Source of the DNA: a bacterium
GTDB lineage: Bacteria > SZUA-182 > DTGQ01
NCBI GenBank assembly: GCA_040752695.1
Contig: JBFMGO010000057.1
Location: 1-34,931, forward strand
DNA: 34,931 nucleotides
Reading direction: 5' to 3'
A program made the translations under genes and the position numbers. Positions 25,480 through 34,908 of the stretch are shown here, piece by piece; within the stretch, counting starts at the first letter, position 1; each line of letters starts with the position of its first letter. Below the pieces are notes generated by a model. The model made no database searches and was not told where the DNA came from. It saw only the letters and a list, made by a program, of their open reading frames with translations.

Positions 25480-26598
25480 ATGAAAAACGAAAAGAAAACA
25501 CAGGATCGCAAACCCGGCCAATGGTTTCTTCTTTTGCTGCTCGCAGCAAGCATGTATCTAGCCTTTTCCCTGGTAAGGGTTTATATTCATTCCCTGATCC
25601 TGGCCGTACTCCTTGCCTCGGCCCTGTATCCGGTTCATGAGTGGATCAAAAGATGCCTGAGAGGGAAAAAGAACCTTTCTGCCTTTGCCTCCTGCCTTTT
25701 GGTTATTCTTTTGATCGTGCTGCCCCTTGTACTTATACTCATAGGCATGGTCAACCAGGGGATACGTTCGGTAAATGCAGTCCGTGGATGGCTTGAGCAG
25801 GGCAATCTGGAACGTCTCCTGCAATCTGATCACTGGACTTATCTTCATCGCGTGGGAAGCCGCTATCTTTCGTTTTTGCATCTTGAGATCGGCCGCTTTC
25901 AGGATTGGATGATCAGAGGGAGCCAATATATCGGGCAATTTCTGCTCAGCAAGGGAGGAACGCTGGTTTCCAACCTGGGTTCTCTCTTTTTACATTTCTG
26001 GATTATGATTTTCATCCTCTTCTATCTGCTGCGGGACGGGAAAAAATGGCTGGACTGGTTCCTCCACCTTTTCCCGCTTACCAAGAGACAGGAGAACATT
26101 CTCATCGACCGGCTTCGGATCGTGGGACGATCGGCCCTGATCGGGAGCCTTCTGACCGCGATTGCTCAAGGGGTGGTTGGCGGTATTGGGCTGTGGATAG
26201 TCGGTATTCCTCCCCTGTTTTGGGGAAGTCTCATAGCTGCGGCCTCATTCATCCCTCTTTTGGGAACCAGTCTGGTCTGGCTCCCGGCAGTAATTTATCT
26301 TTTCATTATCCAAAAAAACGGGCAGGCGATTTTCCTGCTTATTTACAGTGTCGCTATCCTGGGCTCCATCGATAACTTTTTGCGCCCTTACCTGATGCCG
26401 AAGCAAAAGGATATTTCCATGCCAAACCTGTTGGTATTTCTGGCAATTCTCGGCGGCATCCATGTTTTTGGCCTGGTTGGCGTCCTTTACGGGCCGATGA
26501 TCTTCGGGCTGTTATCCTCCCTTTTATACCTCTATGAGGTTGAATTTTCCTCCTTTTTAGACCAACAGGACCGATCCTCCGAAAAAGAGATCCGGTAA
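25480..26598 (+). CDS. AI-2E family (PerM/YdiK-like) transporter
   Basis: Multi-TM protein with FYLLRDG, A.AQG, FIPLLGT, IDNFLRP and GG...FGL.G..YGP motifs. Confidence 0.92.
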   Translation: MKNEKKTQDRKPGQWFLLLLLAASMYLAFSLVRVYIHSLILAVLLASALYPVHEWIKRCLRGKKNLSAFASCLLVILLIVLPLVLILIGMVNQGIRSVNAVRGWLEQGNLERLLQSDHWTYLHRVGSRYLSFLHLEIGRFQDWMIRGSQYIGQFLLSKGGTLVSNLGSLFLHFWIMIFILFYLLRDGKKWLDWFLHLFPLTKRQENILIDRLRIVGRSALIGSLLTAIAQGVVGGIGLWIVGIPPLFWGSLIAAASFIPLLGTSLVWLPAVIYLFIIQKNGQAIFLLIYSVAILGSIDNFLRPYLMPKQKDISMPNLLVFLAILGGIHVFGLVGVLYGPMIFGLLSSLLYLYEVEFSSFLDQQDRSSEKEIR

Positions 26599-26829
26599 CG
26601 ATTTCTCAAGGTCTTTTCTTCCAGCTTTCTTCTGCCGGTTTTCTTCCCCGGCGAAGAAGGAATGAGCGGTCAAGGCTTTGTGTATCAGTACTGCGCAGAG
26701 AGAATTCGCGTACTGAAAACCAGAAGAATAATAATTTTCCGACTAACCTACCGATAGGTGAGTAGATCATCAGATTGAGAATATCAGTGTATATAATCTG
26801 GTTGAAGACATAAATGGGGGTATTAAACA

Positions 26830-28347
26830 ATGAAGAAGCAATATTTTCAGATTATAAGGAACATAAGCTTGGTAGTTCTTCTTATCCTGTCCTTTGCCTG
26901 CACGAGGTTGCCGGCCAGGACAGAGTTGGGAGAGCCGAAAAGCGAGCTTTTCTATCCAACCAAGAGCATAATGGATCAGGCCGTCTCTGAGCGAGCTGAT
27001 GAATTTACTCCGGAAATATATAAGACAGCCGTAAAGGAGTATCTTGAAGCGGAAGATAAATTTGCCAAGGGAAAGGACAAGACCGTTATTCAGAAACACT
27101 TGAATGAGGCGGAAAGATTGGCCAAAAAAGCGATCGAAGTATCACAGTCCATGCAGAGCAACTTTCCTGAATTAATCTCCTGCAGGGATAAGGCTCTATC
27201 AGCCAACGCAGATCAAATGGATCTGGATTCCTATAAAAAAGCGGATAAACTCTTTTTGAATACCGCCTCACGGATAGAAGAGGGAAAGATGGAGGATGCC
27301 CGTAAGCGAGCTGACGAGGCCGTCAATAACTATCGCCTGGCTGAGCTCAAGGCTATTCAAGAAAATATGACCGCAGGGCTTAACAAGCAGATCAGGGAGG
27401 CCGAAAAAGATGGGGCTCGTGAATTGGCTCCGCAAACCTATCAGGAAGCCGTAAAGCTTCGGGATGACACGTTGCAGACTTTGGTCCAGGACCGGTATAA
27501 CGAGCAGTCGGCGCGGGAAAAGGCAGAAGAAGGTGAATACTATGCCCGAAAAGCCCAGTTTCTGGCCCAGAAGATCAAAGATACCACCGGAGACAGGTCC
27601 AATTGGGAGAGGCTCTTCCTTCAGAGGGAGGAGGATCTCAATAAACTTGCCTCATCAGTCGGAGTTGAGCCCGATTACAAAAAAGGTTACGAGGGAACAG
27701 TTTCCGAAATAGATCAGGCCATTAATGAATTGAAGAGAAGAGAACAGGCCTACTACAGGACCCTCAGCTCCAAAGATCAGGCCCTTGCACAGGCTGAGCA
27801 GCAGATCAGGGAGGCGGAAGAGGCAAGGGCCCGGGCCGAGGCACAAATCAAGGAGGCAGAGGAATCCAAGAGGAAGATTTCCTCCGAACTTGAGACAAAA
27901 GAAGGTGCCCTGGAGATGCAAAGAGCAGCGGAAGAAAAGGTGAGAGCGGTGCAAAAGATGTTCGTGCCCCAGCAGGCTGAAGTGAAACTGGACCCAGCCA
28001 ATAATATCACCATAGTACTGCGCGGCATCAATTTCGACACCAGCAGATCCACCCTGAAGCCGGAGCATTACCATTTATTGAGTAATGTTAAACAAGTTGC
28101 GGATTTGTTCCCGGAGCGGAATATGGTTATTTCCGGCCACACCGATTTTACGGGAAGCAGCGAGTTTAATAAGAAGTTATCTCTGGATAGGGCCAGATCC
28201 GTAATGGAATATTTGAGCTCACTGGGCGTTGATCCCAGGAGGATGGAAGCTATCGGTGCAGGAGAATCCAATCCTATAGCTCCTAACATTACCCCGGAGG
28301 GAAGAAGGCTGAACCGAAGAATCGAAGTAACCATTCTATCCCCCTGA
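26830..28347 (+). CDS. OmpA-family peptidoglycan-binding lipoprotein with long helical/coiled-coil N-terminal region
   Basis: Lipobox LSFAC and helical repeats. The C-terminal OmpA_C domain shows INFD, GHTD..G...N..LS..RA and GR..NRRIE. Confidence 0.9.
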   Translation: MKKQYFQIIRNISLVVLLILSFACTRLPARTELGEPKSELFYPTKSIMDQAVSERADEFTPEIYKTAVKEYLEAEDKFAKGKDKTVIQKHLNEAERLAKKAIEVSQSMQSNFPELISCRDKALSANADQMDLDSYKKADKLFLNTASRIEEGKMEDARKRADEAVNNYRLAELKAIQENMTAGLNKQIREAEKDGARELAPQTYQEAVKLRDDTLQTLVQDRYNEQSAREKAEEGEYYARKAQFLAQKIKDTTGDRSNWERLFLQREEDLNKLASSVGVEPDYKKGYEGTVSEIDQAINELKRREQAYYRTLSSKDQALAQAEQQIREAEEARARAEAQIKEAEESKRKISSELETKEGALEMQRAAEEKVRAVQKMFVPQQAEVKLDPANNITIVLRGINFDTSRSTLKPEHYHLLSNVKQVADLFPERNMVISGHTDFTGSSEFNKKLSLDRARSVMEYLSSLGVDPRRMEAIGAGESNPIAPNITPEGRRLNRRIEVTILSP

Positions 28348-28599
28348 GCTATATATGCCCTGAAAGGTATGCCTTAAAAGGTATGCCTTAAAAGGCATAA
28401 AGCATCAGACGGAAAGGGGGCATCATGGAGCAACAAGACCCAGCAAGCTTTGGCTTCATCTTTTCCTGAGCCGGCTATGCTGATTGATGCTTCCAGAAAG
28501 AGAGAAGCAAAGGTTTAAATTGGATTTCTTGCCTCTCTCCGTGTGAATTTCCGCGAAACCACTAGCCCCAGGTAGCGGATAGCAGGAAGAGGCACAGGA

Positions 28600-28656
28600 A
28601 GAAGAGGCACGGAAGGTGGAGAAGATATCCATGGATCAACCTCCCGTGCCTCTTCT
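28600..28656. other. Strong hairpin in a convergent intergenic region
   Basis: agaagaggcacgg...ccgtgcctcttct perfect 13-bp arms with additional inner pairing. Confidence 0.55.
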
Positions 28657-28793
28657 GGTTCTCTTTCTGTCTTTCTGGACACTTATGCACCCCTTTCGGC
28701 CTGTTTTTTCCCGCTTTTTTTCTCTTTCTATGGTTGTGCAGAAAATGAACGGCCTATTATCGGCAGCTTCCCGTCCACCTGACAGCGTTCGCT

Positions 28794-29648
28794 CTACGCG
28801 GCTTCTTTCCTTCCCCCAAAGAGGGCTAACTCGAAAATTTTAAAGAAGCAATCCACATCCCTGAAACCAATCTGGCGCAGCCACTCGCATTGAAGCTCGA
28901 CAGGAGCCAGGATATTCACTTCTTTATTGGGCCTGCCATGATACATTTCAGCGGTCCGCTCTCGCGTTATCGTTTTATCCAACAGCCGGTGGTATGTAAA
29001 AAGATGGTCAATGAAATATTCGTCAAAGAGCGATTCGGTCGCCTCGGTTGCCGGTGAAACATGTTCCAGATTGAGAAACAGTCCGCCAGGAGTCAAGAGA
29101 TTGAAGATCTCAGCGTAAAGCTCCCTCTTTCTCGTATCCGGTTGATGATGAATGGAGAATCCTGAAACGATCAGGTCAAACTTTCTCCTGGCCCTGGTTT
29201 GACCGGGCTGGTCAGGGTGAGCGGTTTGGTCAGGGTGATTGTCTTGGCCAGCGTGACCATGAAGTTGAGCCTGTTGGGCAGCGTGATCATGTCGGCTGGA
29301 TCGATCAGCTTGATCGAAAGACATGAGCCAGTCCGGTGTGCTGTAATCGGCCTTAACGATCTTTACTGAATCAGTTGTCTGAATTTTTTGCCGGGCGGCC
29401 TCTAACATGGAATCGGAAAAATCGATGAAAATGGCATGGATATCCGGAAACCGGTCCAGTACGGCACGGCCCAGGACTCCATCTCCACACCCAAGGTCAA
29501 TCATGCTTTTCGGGTCAGGGCAAAAGAAGCGAATAATCGCCAGCATTACCTCCAGTTGCTTGTCCGCCAGAGGAATGGCCCCCCGGACGCCTTCCAGATA
29601 GGCCTTGCTCATGGCTTCTGTTTGCCATCCACTGTTTTTTGTATTCAT
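28794..29648 (-). CDS. Class I SAM-dependent methyltransferase with a low-complexity insertion
   Basis: IDLGCGDG, IDFSDSML, FDLIVSGFSIHH and LTPGGLF. RBS agagga before ATG 29648. Confidence 0.9.
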   Translation of the reverse strand: MNTKNSGWQTEAMSKAYLEGVRGAIPLADKQLEVMLAIIRFFCPDPKSMIDLGCGDGVLGRAVLDRFPDIHAIFIDFSDSMLEAARQKIQTTDSVKIVKADYSTPDWLMSFDQADRSSRHDHAAQQAQLHGHAGQDNHPDQTAHPDQPGQTRARRKFDLIVSGFSIHHQPDTRKRELYAEIFNLLTPGGLFLNLEHVSPATEATESLFDEYFIDHLFTYHRLLDKTITRERTAEMYHGRPNKEVNILAPVELQCEWLRQIGFRDVDCFFKIFELALFGGRKEAA

Positions 29649-29717
29649 TTTTCTCCTCTGTATATAACCCGTCTGCTTTCTGTATCTGTCAGATTGCATT
29701 TCATCTTGAGCTATTCT

Positions 29718-30794
29718 CTAGTCGCCTTGGGCTGGTGTCTCTTTCCTCTGTCCGATTGACCATATCTTCTCGGCCTTTGTGCCGATGGCCCAAAAGCTGG
29801 CTGCCAGTATGGTGAAAAATACTGCCTTGTGGGTCACATCCCAAAAGTATTCAAAGAAGCGTGTGTAGAGGTTGATGAACAGAAAGGTCAGCCCGAAGCC
29901 CCTTGATATGTTGTCATCAGTCCTCAAGCCGTGGAAAATTGCCGCTCCTGCGGCAAGGGCAAATAAAACCGACCAATGGAACAGCTCATATTGTTTCACA
30001 GACCTCCATGCGCTCATATCTCCATAGTTTCCAAAAAGAGAGAGTATCCACAGCGCAATAAACAGGTAGAGCAATCCCATGACATATGTTGATTGGCTGA
30101 AAGAGTCGAGGTTTTTTACCAACCCGTAACTTTCCTTACTGCTCTTCACCACATGAAATCCATAGCTTAATCCTATCATTACACTGCCGAACAAGACAAA
30201 CCTGACCGGATAATTCATTCCGAGCCAGTATGCCCCCCATCCTGACACATAACCGGTTTCCGCACCAAACCAGCTCCCAAGCGAGAGAATGGCAAAGATC
30301 CAGACCAGTTTTAATGGAAACCACAAGCCCAATATGCCATAAACCACCGCGGCCAGAAGGAGCAGCAGCGAAAAGTGACCGCTGCCTGTATCGATTGCCT
30401 TTCCCAAAAAGGCAATCGATACTGCCACAGCGAGTATGCCGAGGAAAAAGATGGCCTCATTGCTGTAAATCCTGACAGGGTTCGCTGTACGCCTGCGAAG
30501 GCCAAGGAAGAAAAGTCCGCCAGCCAGTAATGCAAATACGGCACACCCCGCAAAAGGGGTGTTCCACAGTTTTTTGATTATTTCCGCAATATCCAGGAAT
30601 ACCGCACCTACGGCCTGGATGACGCAGATAATGGCAATCCAGAAGGAGTATTTTGCAAGCCGCTTCCAGTCGAAGGGTACGATCGCTATGCTTTTAAAAA
30701 GCCGGTCTGCATCCTCCGGTGATAAAAGGGCATCCTCTTTCCATTTTTGAATAACCGTTTGTACCAATTTACCACTTTTCTTGTTGAGCTTCAC
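29718..30794 (-). CDS. DUF2157-like polytopic membrane protein
   Basis: N-terminal I.KW..D.LLS...A..L motif followed by about 10 hydrophobic helices. GTG start. Confidence 0.75.
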   Translation of the reverse strand: MKLNKKSGKLVQTVIQKWKEDALLSPEDADRLFKSIAIVPFDWKRLAKYSFWIAIICVIQAVGAVFLDIAEIIKKLWNTPFAGCAVFALLAGGLFFLGLRRRTANPVRIYSNEAIFFLGILAVAVSIAFLGKAIDTGSGHFSLLLLLAAVVYGILGLWFPLKLVWIFAILSLGSWFGAETGYVSGWGAYWLGMNYPVRFVLFGSVMIGLSYGFHVVKSSKESYGLVKNLDSFSQSTYVMGLLYLFIALWILSLFGNYGDMSAWRSVKQYELFHWSVLFALAAGAAIFHGLRTDDNISRGFGLTFLFINLYTRFFEYFWDVTHKAVFFTILAASFWAIGTKAEKIWSIGQRKETPAQGD

Positions 30795-30821
30795 TCTTGA
30801 TCACTCCTTAATCCAGGGTTG

Positions 30822-31185
30822 TCAAGGACTACTATATAAAATTGATATGCGGTTCTCAGCATTCAGCCTTCTCAAACCTTTTAAGTTATACCAGGTTTAT
30901 AGAGATATCACAAGGGGTTGCGGTTCCCCTGATGATTTTTACCCAGAGACTCGGCCAAGTAACTGGGATTTCATTTATTGATTCTACGCCGCTTCAGGGT
31001 TTGCCACCCAAGAAGGATTCACTCTTATTAAGGTAATTGGAAGGTACGCCCAAAGAGGGAAAGCCTCAGTAACTGGTTCTATGGATTTAAACTCCACTTT
31101 GTCATTAATGATCAGGGAGATCTGCTGGCCTTTACCCTTACTCCGGACTCCGGGTATGTAGATGACCGAAACAGGGACGTTATTT
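30822..31185 (+). pseudogene. IS982-family transposase remnant (internal fragment, frameshifted)
   Basis: Joining frames gives KDYY...FSNLLSYTRFIE...TGISFIDSTPL / RVCHPRRIHS / K....AQRGKAS / WFYGFKLHFVINDQGDLLAFTLTP....VDDR, the IS982 DDE signature, with at least 3 frameshifts and no start or end. Confidence 0.88.
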
Positions 31186-31249
31186 ATAGGAAATGTAATA
31201 ACGCCATCTGCTTTTATTTTGGTATCAGTCCAATCCCGTTAAGGGCTGT

Positions 31250-31579
31250 TTAACAACCAAATTTTTTCTTACTCACGATCATTCCTATGACCCCAGGAAA
31301 GATCAGCCACAACGTAGCCGGAACAGGTACAGGAGCGGCCACCGGATTCCAAAGAACAGCGTGGTATTCCCCAGATGAGGCTTGTGCACGTCCGACAATT
31401 TGGCCTGCATCGTTGATTCCGTATGCCTCGGAATAGGCCCCACCAAGGGTGCCCAGGTCAACCATAGTATAAAATGTGGCATTTGCCTTCCCTGTGCCCC
31501 AATATACAATACAGCCCATTGTCAAGCTTATCAAACAAAACATCGCCCACTCCCTTACTAAGCCACAACATTTTTTCAT
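31250..31579 (-). CDS. Small exported protein with one HAF-type repeat and a PEP-CTERM/VPLPA-like sorting tail
   Basis: Signal peptide ending ANA, then YTMVDLGTLGGAYSEAYGINDAGQIVG...HAVLW, then the tail VPVPATLWL-TM-KKK. RBS gagga. Confidence 0.8.
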   Translation of the reverse strand: MKKCCGLVREWAMFCLISLTMGCIVYWGTGKANATFYTMVDLGTLGGAYSEAYGINDAGQIVGRAQASSGEYHAVLWNPVAAPVPVPATLWLIFPGVIGMIVSKKKFGC

Positions 31580-31716
31580 TATCTTTCCTCCGTTCGCTCA
31601 TATTCGCTCATATTTATAGGAGCGCCTCCGTTGTCATATTGTCACAGAAAAAACAGGCTCAGGAAGGCTTTGCAGGAGGCGCTTGGTTTGAGGAAAGGCC
31701 CTTTTGGAAACGGGCC

Positions 31717-32181
31717 TTATTCCTCAAACAGCTCTTGTGGCAAAAGAGACTTAAGGTGGGCTACTCCCACCTGTTTGAATTCCTCGAGGGGAAGGGACTG
31801 GTTGAGCTCATTGATTGCCTTGCGAACGGCGGGGGAAATACTGATCCGGCAGCGCTGCTGATCCTTGGTGCAGACAGCGGTCAGAGCGCAGTGGCCAGTA
31901 TTTTGAATGGTGAAGGCTGTGCCTTCGCCAAGTACGGAGCGCACTCCATCGCGGATGCACCCGGATTTCCCCTCCAGAATGATTTCAAAGGCTGCACGAT
32001 TAACGGGGTTAGTCGTCTGCATCCATTCGTTGATCCGCATGGCCAGGGATACACCATAAAACAGGCTCGGGCAGATATGGCCATGCAGTTTCCCAGCCAC
32101 CTCAAGCTGTGACAGCAGATGGCCATTTCCCCCCATTGTTTTTTCGCTCTGCACTTTCATCTTGTCATTCTGTTGAGCCAA
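31717..32181 (-). CDS. FmdE-like (formylmethanofuran dehydrogenase subunit E family) metal-binding protein
   Basis: HGHICP...G and C..DG motifs. TTG start with RBS aaggagg. Confidence 0.7.
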   Translation of the reverse strand: MAQQNDKMKVQSEKTMGGNGHLLSQLEVAGKLHGHICPSLFYGVSLAMRINEWMQTTNPVNRAAFEIILEGKSGCIRDGVRSVLGEGTAFTIQNTGHCALTAVCTKDQQRCRISISPAVRKAINELNQSLPLEEFKQVGVAHLKSLLPQELFEE

Positions 32182-32273
32182 TCTTCACCCTCCTTATATT
32201 GCAAGCACCGCTCATAGCATCCGCTATTGCTGGCACCGTTTATAGTATCCGCTGGTAAGTCTTTTGGTCAATC

Positions 32274-33728
32274 TCAATCGTTCCACTTGGAGCTTGGCTG
32301 TTTTACTTCCTTGATTTCGAACTGGTCGCCGTAGTCGTAATGAAGCTGGTAGCAGCGTCCCTTCAGTATGGTTTCCATCACTACCGGCCGGTTCCAGAGT
32401 CGATAAAGATAGCGCATGGTATGCTGTGCGTATCCCAGATCCAGTTCGCGGCCATCGTAGAGGTGGCTCAGGAGCAGTTTCTGCTGGTGCTCGTAATTGG
32501 CATCGATAATATGAATGACAGGCACCCGGTTCATGCCTATGTTGGTAATCAGGGTTTCCCTGATTTTTTCCCAGTTTTCCTCATCGGAGACTTTGGTAAT
32601 AACCCGGTCATTCCCCTGCTGCTCGTGCTGGAACAGGTCGAGTTCCTTCATCAGCTCCAGGGTCAGATATTGCCGCAGGAAGGATTGGTCCCGATCGGAT
32701 TCCCTGACCTGAAAAAGCTTTTTCAAGCCATTTCCTCCGGTCAGGCCCAATTCCTCCTGGTCTTGCCGTTCCGGGTTCTCCCATCGCTGGAAGATATTTT
32801 CAAAAATCTTGAAACCGAGGTGATAGGGATTCAGTCCGCCCACGTGGGGACAGATCACCTGGTTGTGGCGTTTCATGAATTCAAAATGCAGCCCCTGGGG
32901 CAGCTCCAGCCGGGTCAGGATCTGGTAGTGCCAGTAGCTGGCCCATCCCTCGTTCATGATCTTGGTTTCAATCTGAGGGAGAAAGTATTGATTCTCTTCG
33001 GCCACAATGGTCAAGAGATCTTTCTGCCAATCCTCGAGCAGCGAATTATAGTCCCGGATAAAGAGAATCAGATCCTCTTCCGGTTCGAGAGGGATCTTAT
33101 GAATATCCGGGGGAACATACGTCGATCTTTCCTTCAGGTTGTCGAAATCGTTATACCTTCTCTGTGCCCGGGCAAGGGCCTGAGTGCGCTGCTCCTGCAT
33201 GGAAAGCTTTCGAACCCTCAAATTTCGATGGCATTGATATTTCAAGGCATGGGCAGCATCGACAATCTCTTCCACCGCTCTCTCACCGATGCTGGGGTCC
33301 TCGATATATCGTCGGATGCGATTCGCATGAGACTTGAACATTTCTATGACATAGCTCGATGGAGTAAGGCTGAAGGTACTATTGTTCTTGAAAAAATCGT
33401 TATGCCCATAAACATGGGCTATGGTCAGGATCTGGAGCAAAAGGGTATTATCCTTCATCAGATAGGCCAGGCATGGATTGGAATTTATGACCATCTCATA
33501 GGGCAGGCCGCTGACTCCCAGCTTGTACATGGTTTTCTGGCGCTCGAACGCCTTGCCGAAAGACCAGTGTGGATAGTGGGAAGGCATGCCCGTATAGGCC
33601 ATGTAGCCGAGCATCTCGTTGTGATCGCAGATTTCGAATTCCTGCGGATAGCAATCCAGCCCGATCTCAGCCACTATCTTGAGGATTCGTTCGTTCCATT
33701 CCTCTAAGTCTTTGATTTGATAATTCAT
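32274..33728 (-). CDS. spoVR: SpoVR/YcgB family protein
   Basis: YPHWSFGK, YEMVINSNPC, AHVYGHNDFF, KIMNEGWASYWH and NPYHLG. Confidence 0.95.
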   Translation of the reverse strand: MNYQIKDLEEWNERILKIVAEIGLDCYPQEFEICDHNEMLGYMAYTGMPSHYPHWSFGKAFERQKTMYKLGVSGLPYEMVINSNPCLAYLMKDNTLLLQILTIAHVYGHNDFFKNNSTFSLTPSSYVIEMFKSHANRIRRYIEDPSIGERAVEEIVDAAHALKYQCHRNLRVRKLSMQEQRTQALARAQRRYNDFDNLKERSTYVPPDIHKIPLEPEEDLILFIRDYNSLLEDWQKDLLTIVAEENQYFLPQIETKIMNEGWASYWHYQILTRLELPQGLHFEFMKRHNQVICPHVGGLNPYHLGFKIFENIFQRWENPERQDQEELGLTGGNGLKKLFQVRESDRDQSFLRQYLTLELMKELDLFQHEQQGNDRVITKVSDEENWEKIRETLITNIGMNRVPVIHIIDANYEHQQKLLLSHLYDGRELDLGYAQHTMRYLYRLWNRPVVMETILKGRCYQLHYDYGDQFEIKEVKQPSSKWND

Positions 33729-34894
33729 CCTTCATTCCTCACCTTGGCCCGGTCCCTGCTCAGGAATTTCTTGAGGGCAGGCCATACATCCTCTTTACTG
33801 CGAATGCCAATAATAACAAAATTGTCGATAGCCAGAGGCTCGAATATCTTCATCATGGATCCCCAGGAAAAGGTATCGAAAGGCTTGATCTCGCCATAGC
33901 CGAACAGATTGCAGATCTGCTTGAGTTCTTTGGCATACCGGAGCGCTTCCTGGTTATCTTCGGTAAAGTTATCTCCGTCGGAACAGTGAAAGGCATAGAT
34001 ATTCCAGAGAGAAGGGTGATACCGCTCCTTGATTATCTCAAGTGCCTTCTTGTAGCCGGAGGAAATCATGGTTCCACCGGATTCGCCACGGTGGAAGAAT
34101 TCGTTTTCGGTCACTTCCTTGGCCTCGGTGTGATGGGCAACAAAGACAACCTCAACGTTCTGGTATCTGCGCCGGACGAACTGGTACAGAAGAAAGTAAA
34201 AACTTCTGGCCAGATATTTTTTGGTGATATCCATAGAGCCTGAGGTATCCATAATACAAAAGACGACAGCGTTTGAATGCTCCTTGATATCGACCACGAT
34301 CCGGTTATAGCGCAGGTCATTGTCGTGGAAAGGAAACCGCTCCTCTTCCTCGACATGGCTGGCGATCTTGCGTTTGATGTGTTCCTTCATGGTCCATCGT
34401 CGGTTCAGCCGTGGTCTGATGCCAAGGTGCTTGACGCCTTTCGGCTTCATGAGCCGTTCTGACTCAATGATATGGAAGCGCTTGCGCTCAAGATCGGGCA
34501 GTTCCAGATCCTCGAACAGGTAGCTGATAGCCTCTTCGAGAGTAATTTCCGTTTCGTAGACATCCTCTCCCGGACGATTGCCCGGCTCTGCCGGGCCAAT
34601 GCCTTCGTTCTGCGGGTTTCCCTTTTGTACTACATCTCCAGGCTTTGCCTGGCCATTGCCGGTGCCCACATCAGGATTATTGTGGCCGAAGATAAACTGA
34701 TATTCCTTAATCCCCCGAATAGGGATCTTGATCCGTTTATCACCGCTTTGGCCGATAATCGACTCTTCGGAAATGATGTTCTGGATGTTCTGCTTGATCG
34801 CTTCTTTTACCTTTTCTTTATGGCGCTTGCGATCTCTGGCGCTTCGATCACTTCCTCGGGAAGCACCTCGTTGAAATGTTCGAAATACCGTCAT
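33725..34894 (-). CDS. yeaH: YeaH/YhbH (DUF444) vWA-like protein
   Basis: DRKRHKEKV, IMDTSGSM, ESGGT..S and FHCSDGDN. ATG 34894 has an RBS, and the stop overlaps the spoVR start. Confidence 0.93.
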   Translation of the reverse strand: MTVFRTFQRGASRGSDRSARDRKRHKEKVKEAIKQNIQNIISEESIIGQSGDKRIKIPIRGIKEYQFIFGHNNPDVGTGNGQAKPGDVVQKGNPQNEGIGPAEPGNRPGEDVYETEITLEEAISYLFEDLELPDLERKRFHIIESERLMKPKGVKHLGIRPRLNRRWTMKEHIKRKIASHVEEEERFPFHDNDLRYNRIVVDIKEHSNAVVFCIMDTSGSMDITKKYLARSFYFLLYQFVRRRYQNVEVVFVAHHTEAKEVTENEFFHRGESGGTMISSGYKKALEIIKERYHPSLWNIYAFHCSDGDNFTEDNQEALRYAKELKQICNLFGYGEIKPFDTFSWGSMMKIFEPLAIDNFVIIGIRSKEDVWPALKKFLSRDRAKVRNEG

Positions 34895-34908
34895 GGGGAA
34901 TCTCTCCC

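Noticed and set aside
32340..33707. 455-aa ORF on the + strand
   Set aside because: It is fully antisense to the clearly conserved spoVR gene and has no recognisable motifs, so it is a codon-bias shadow.
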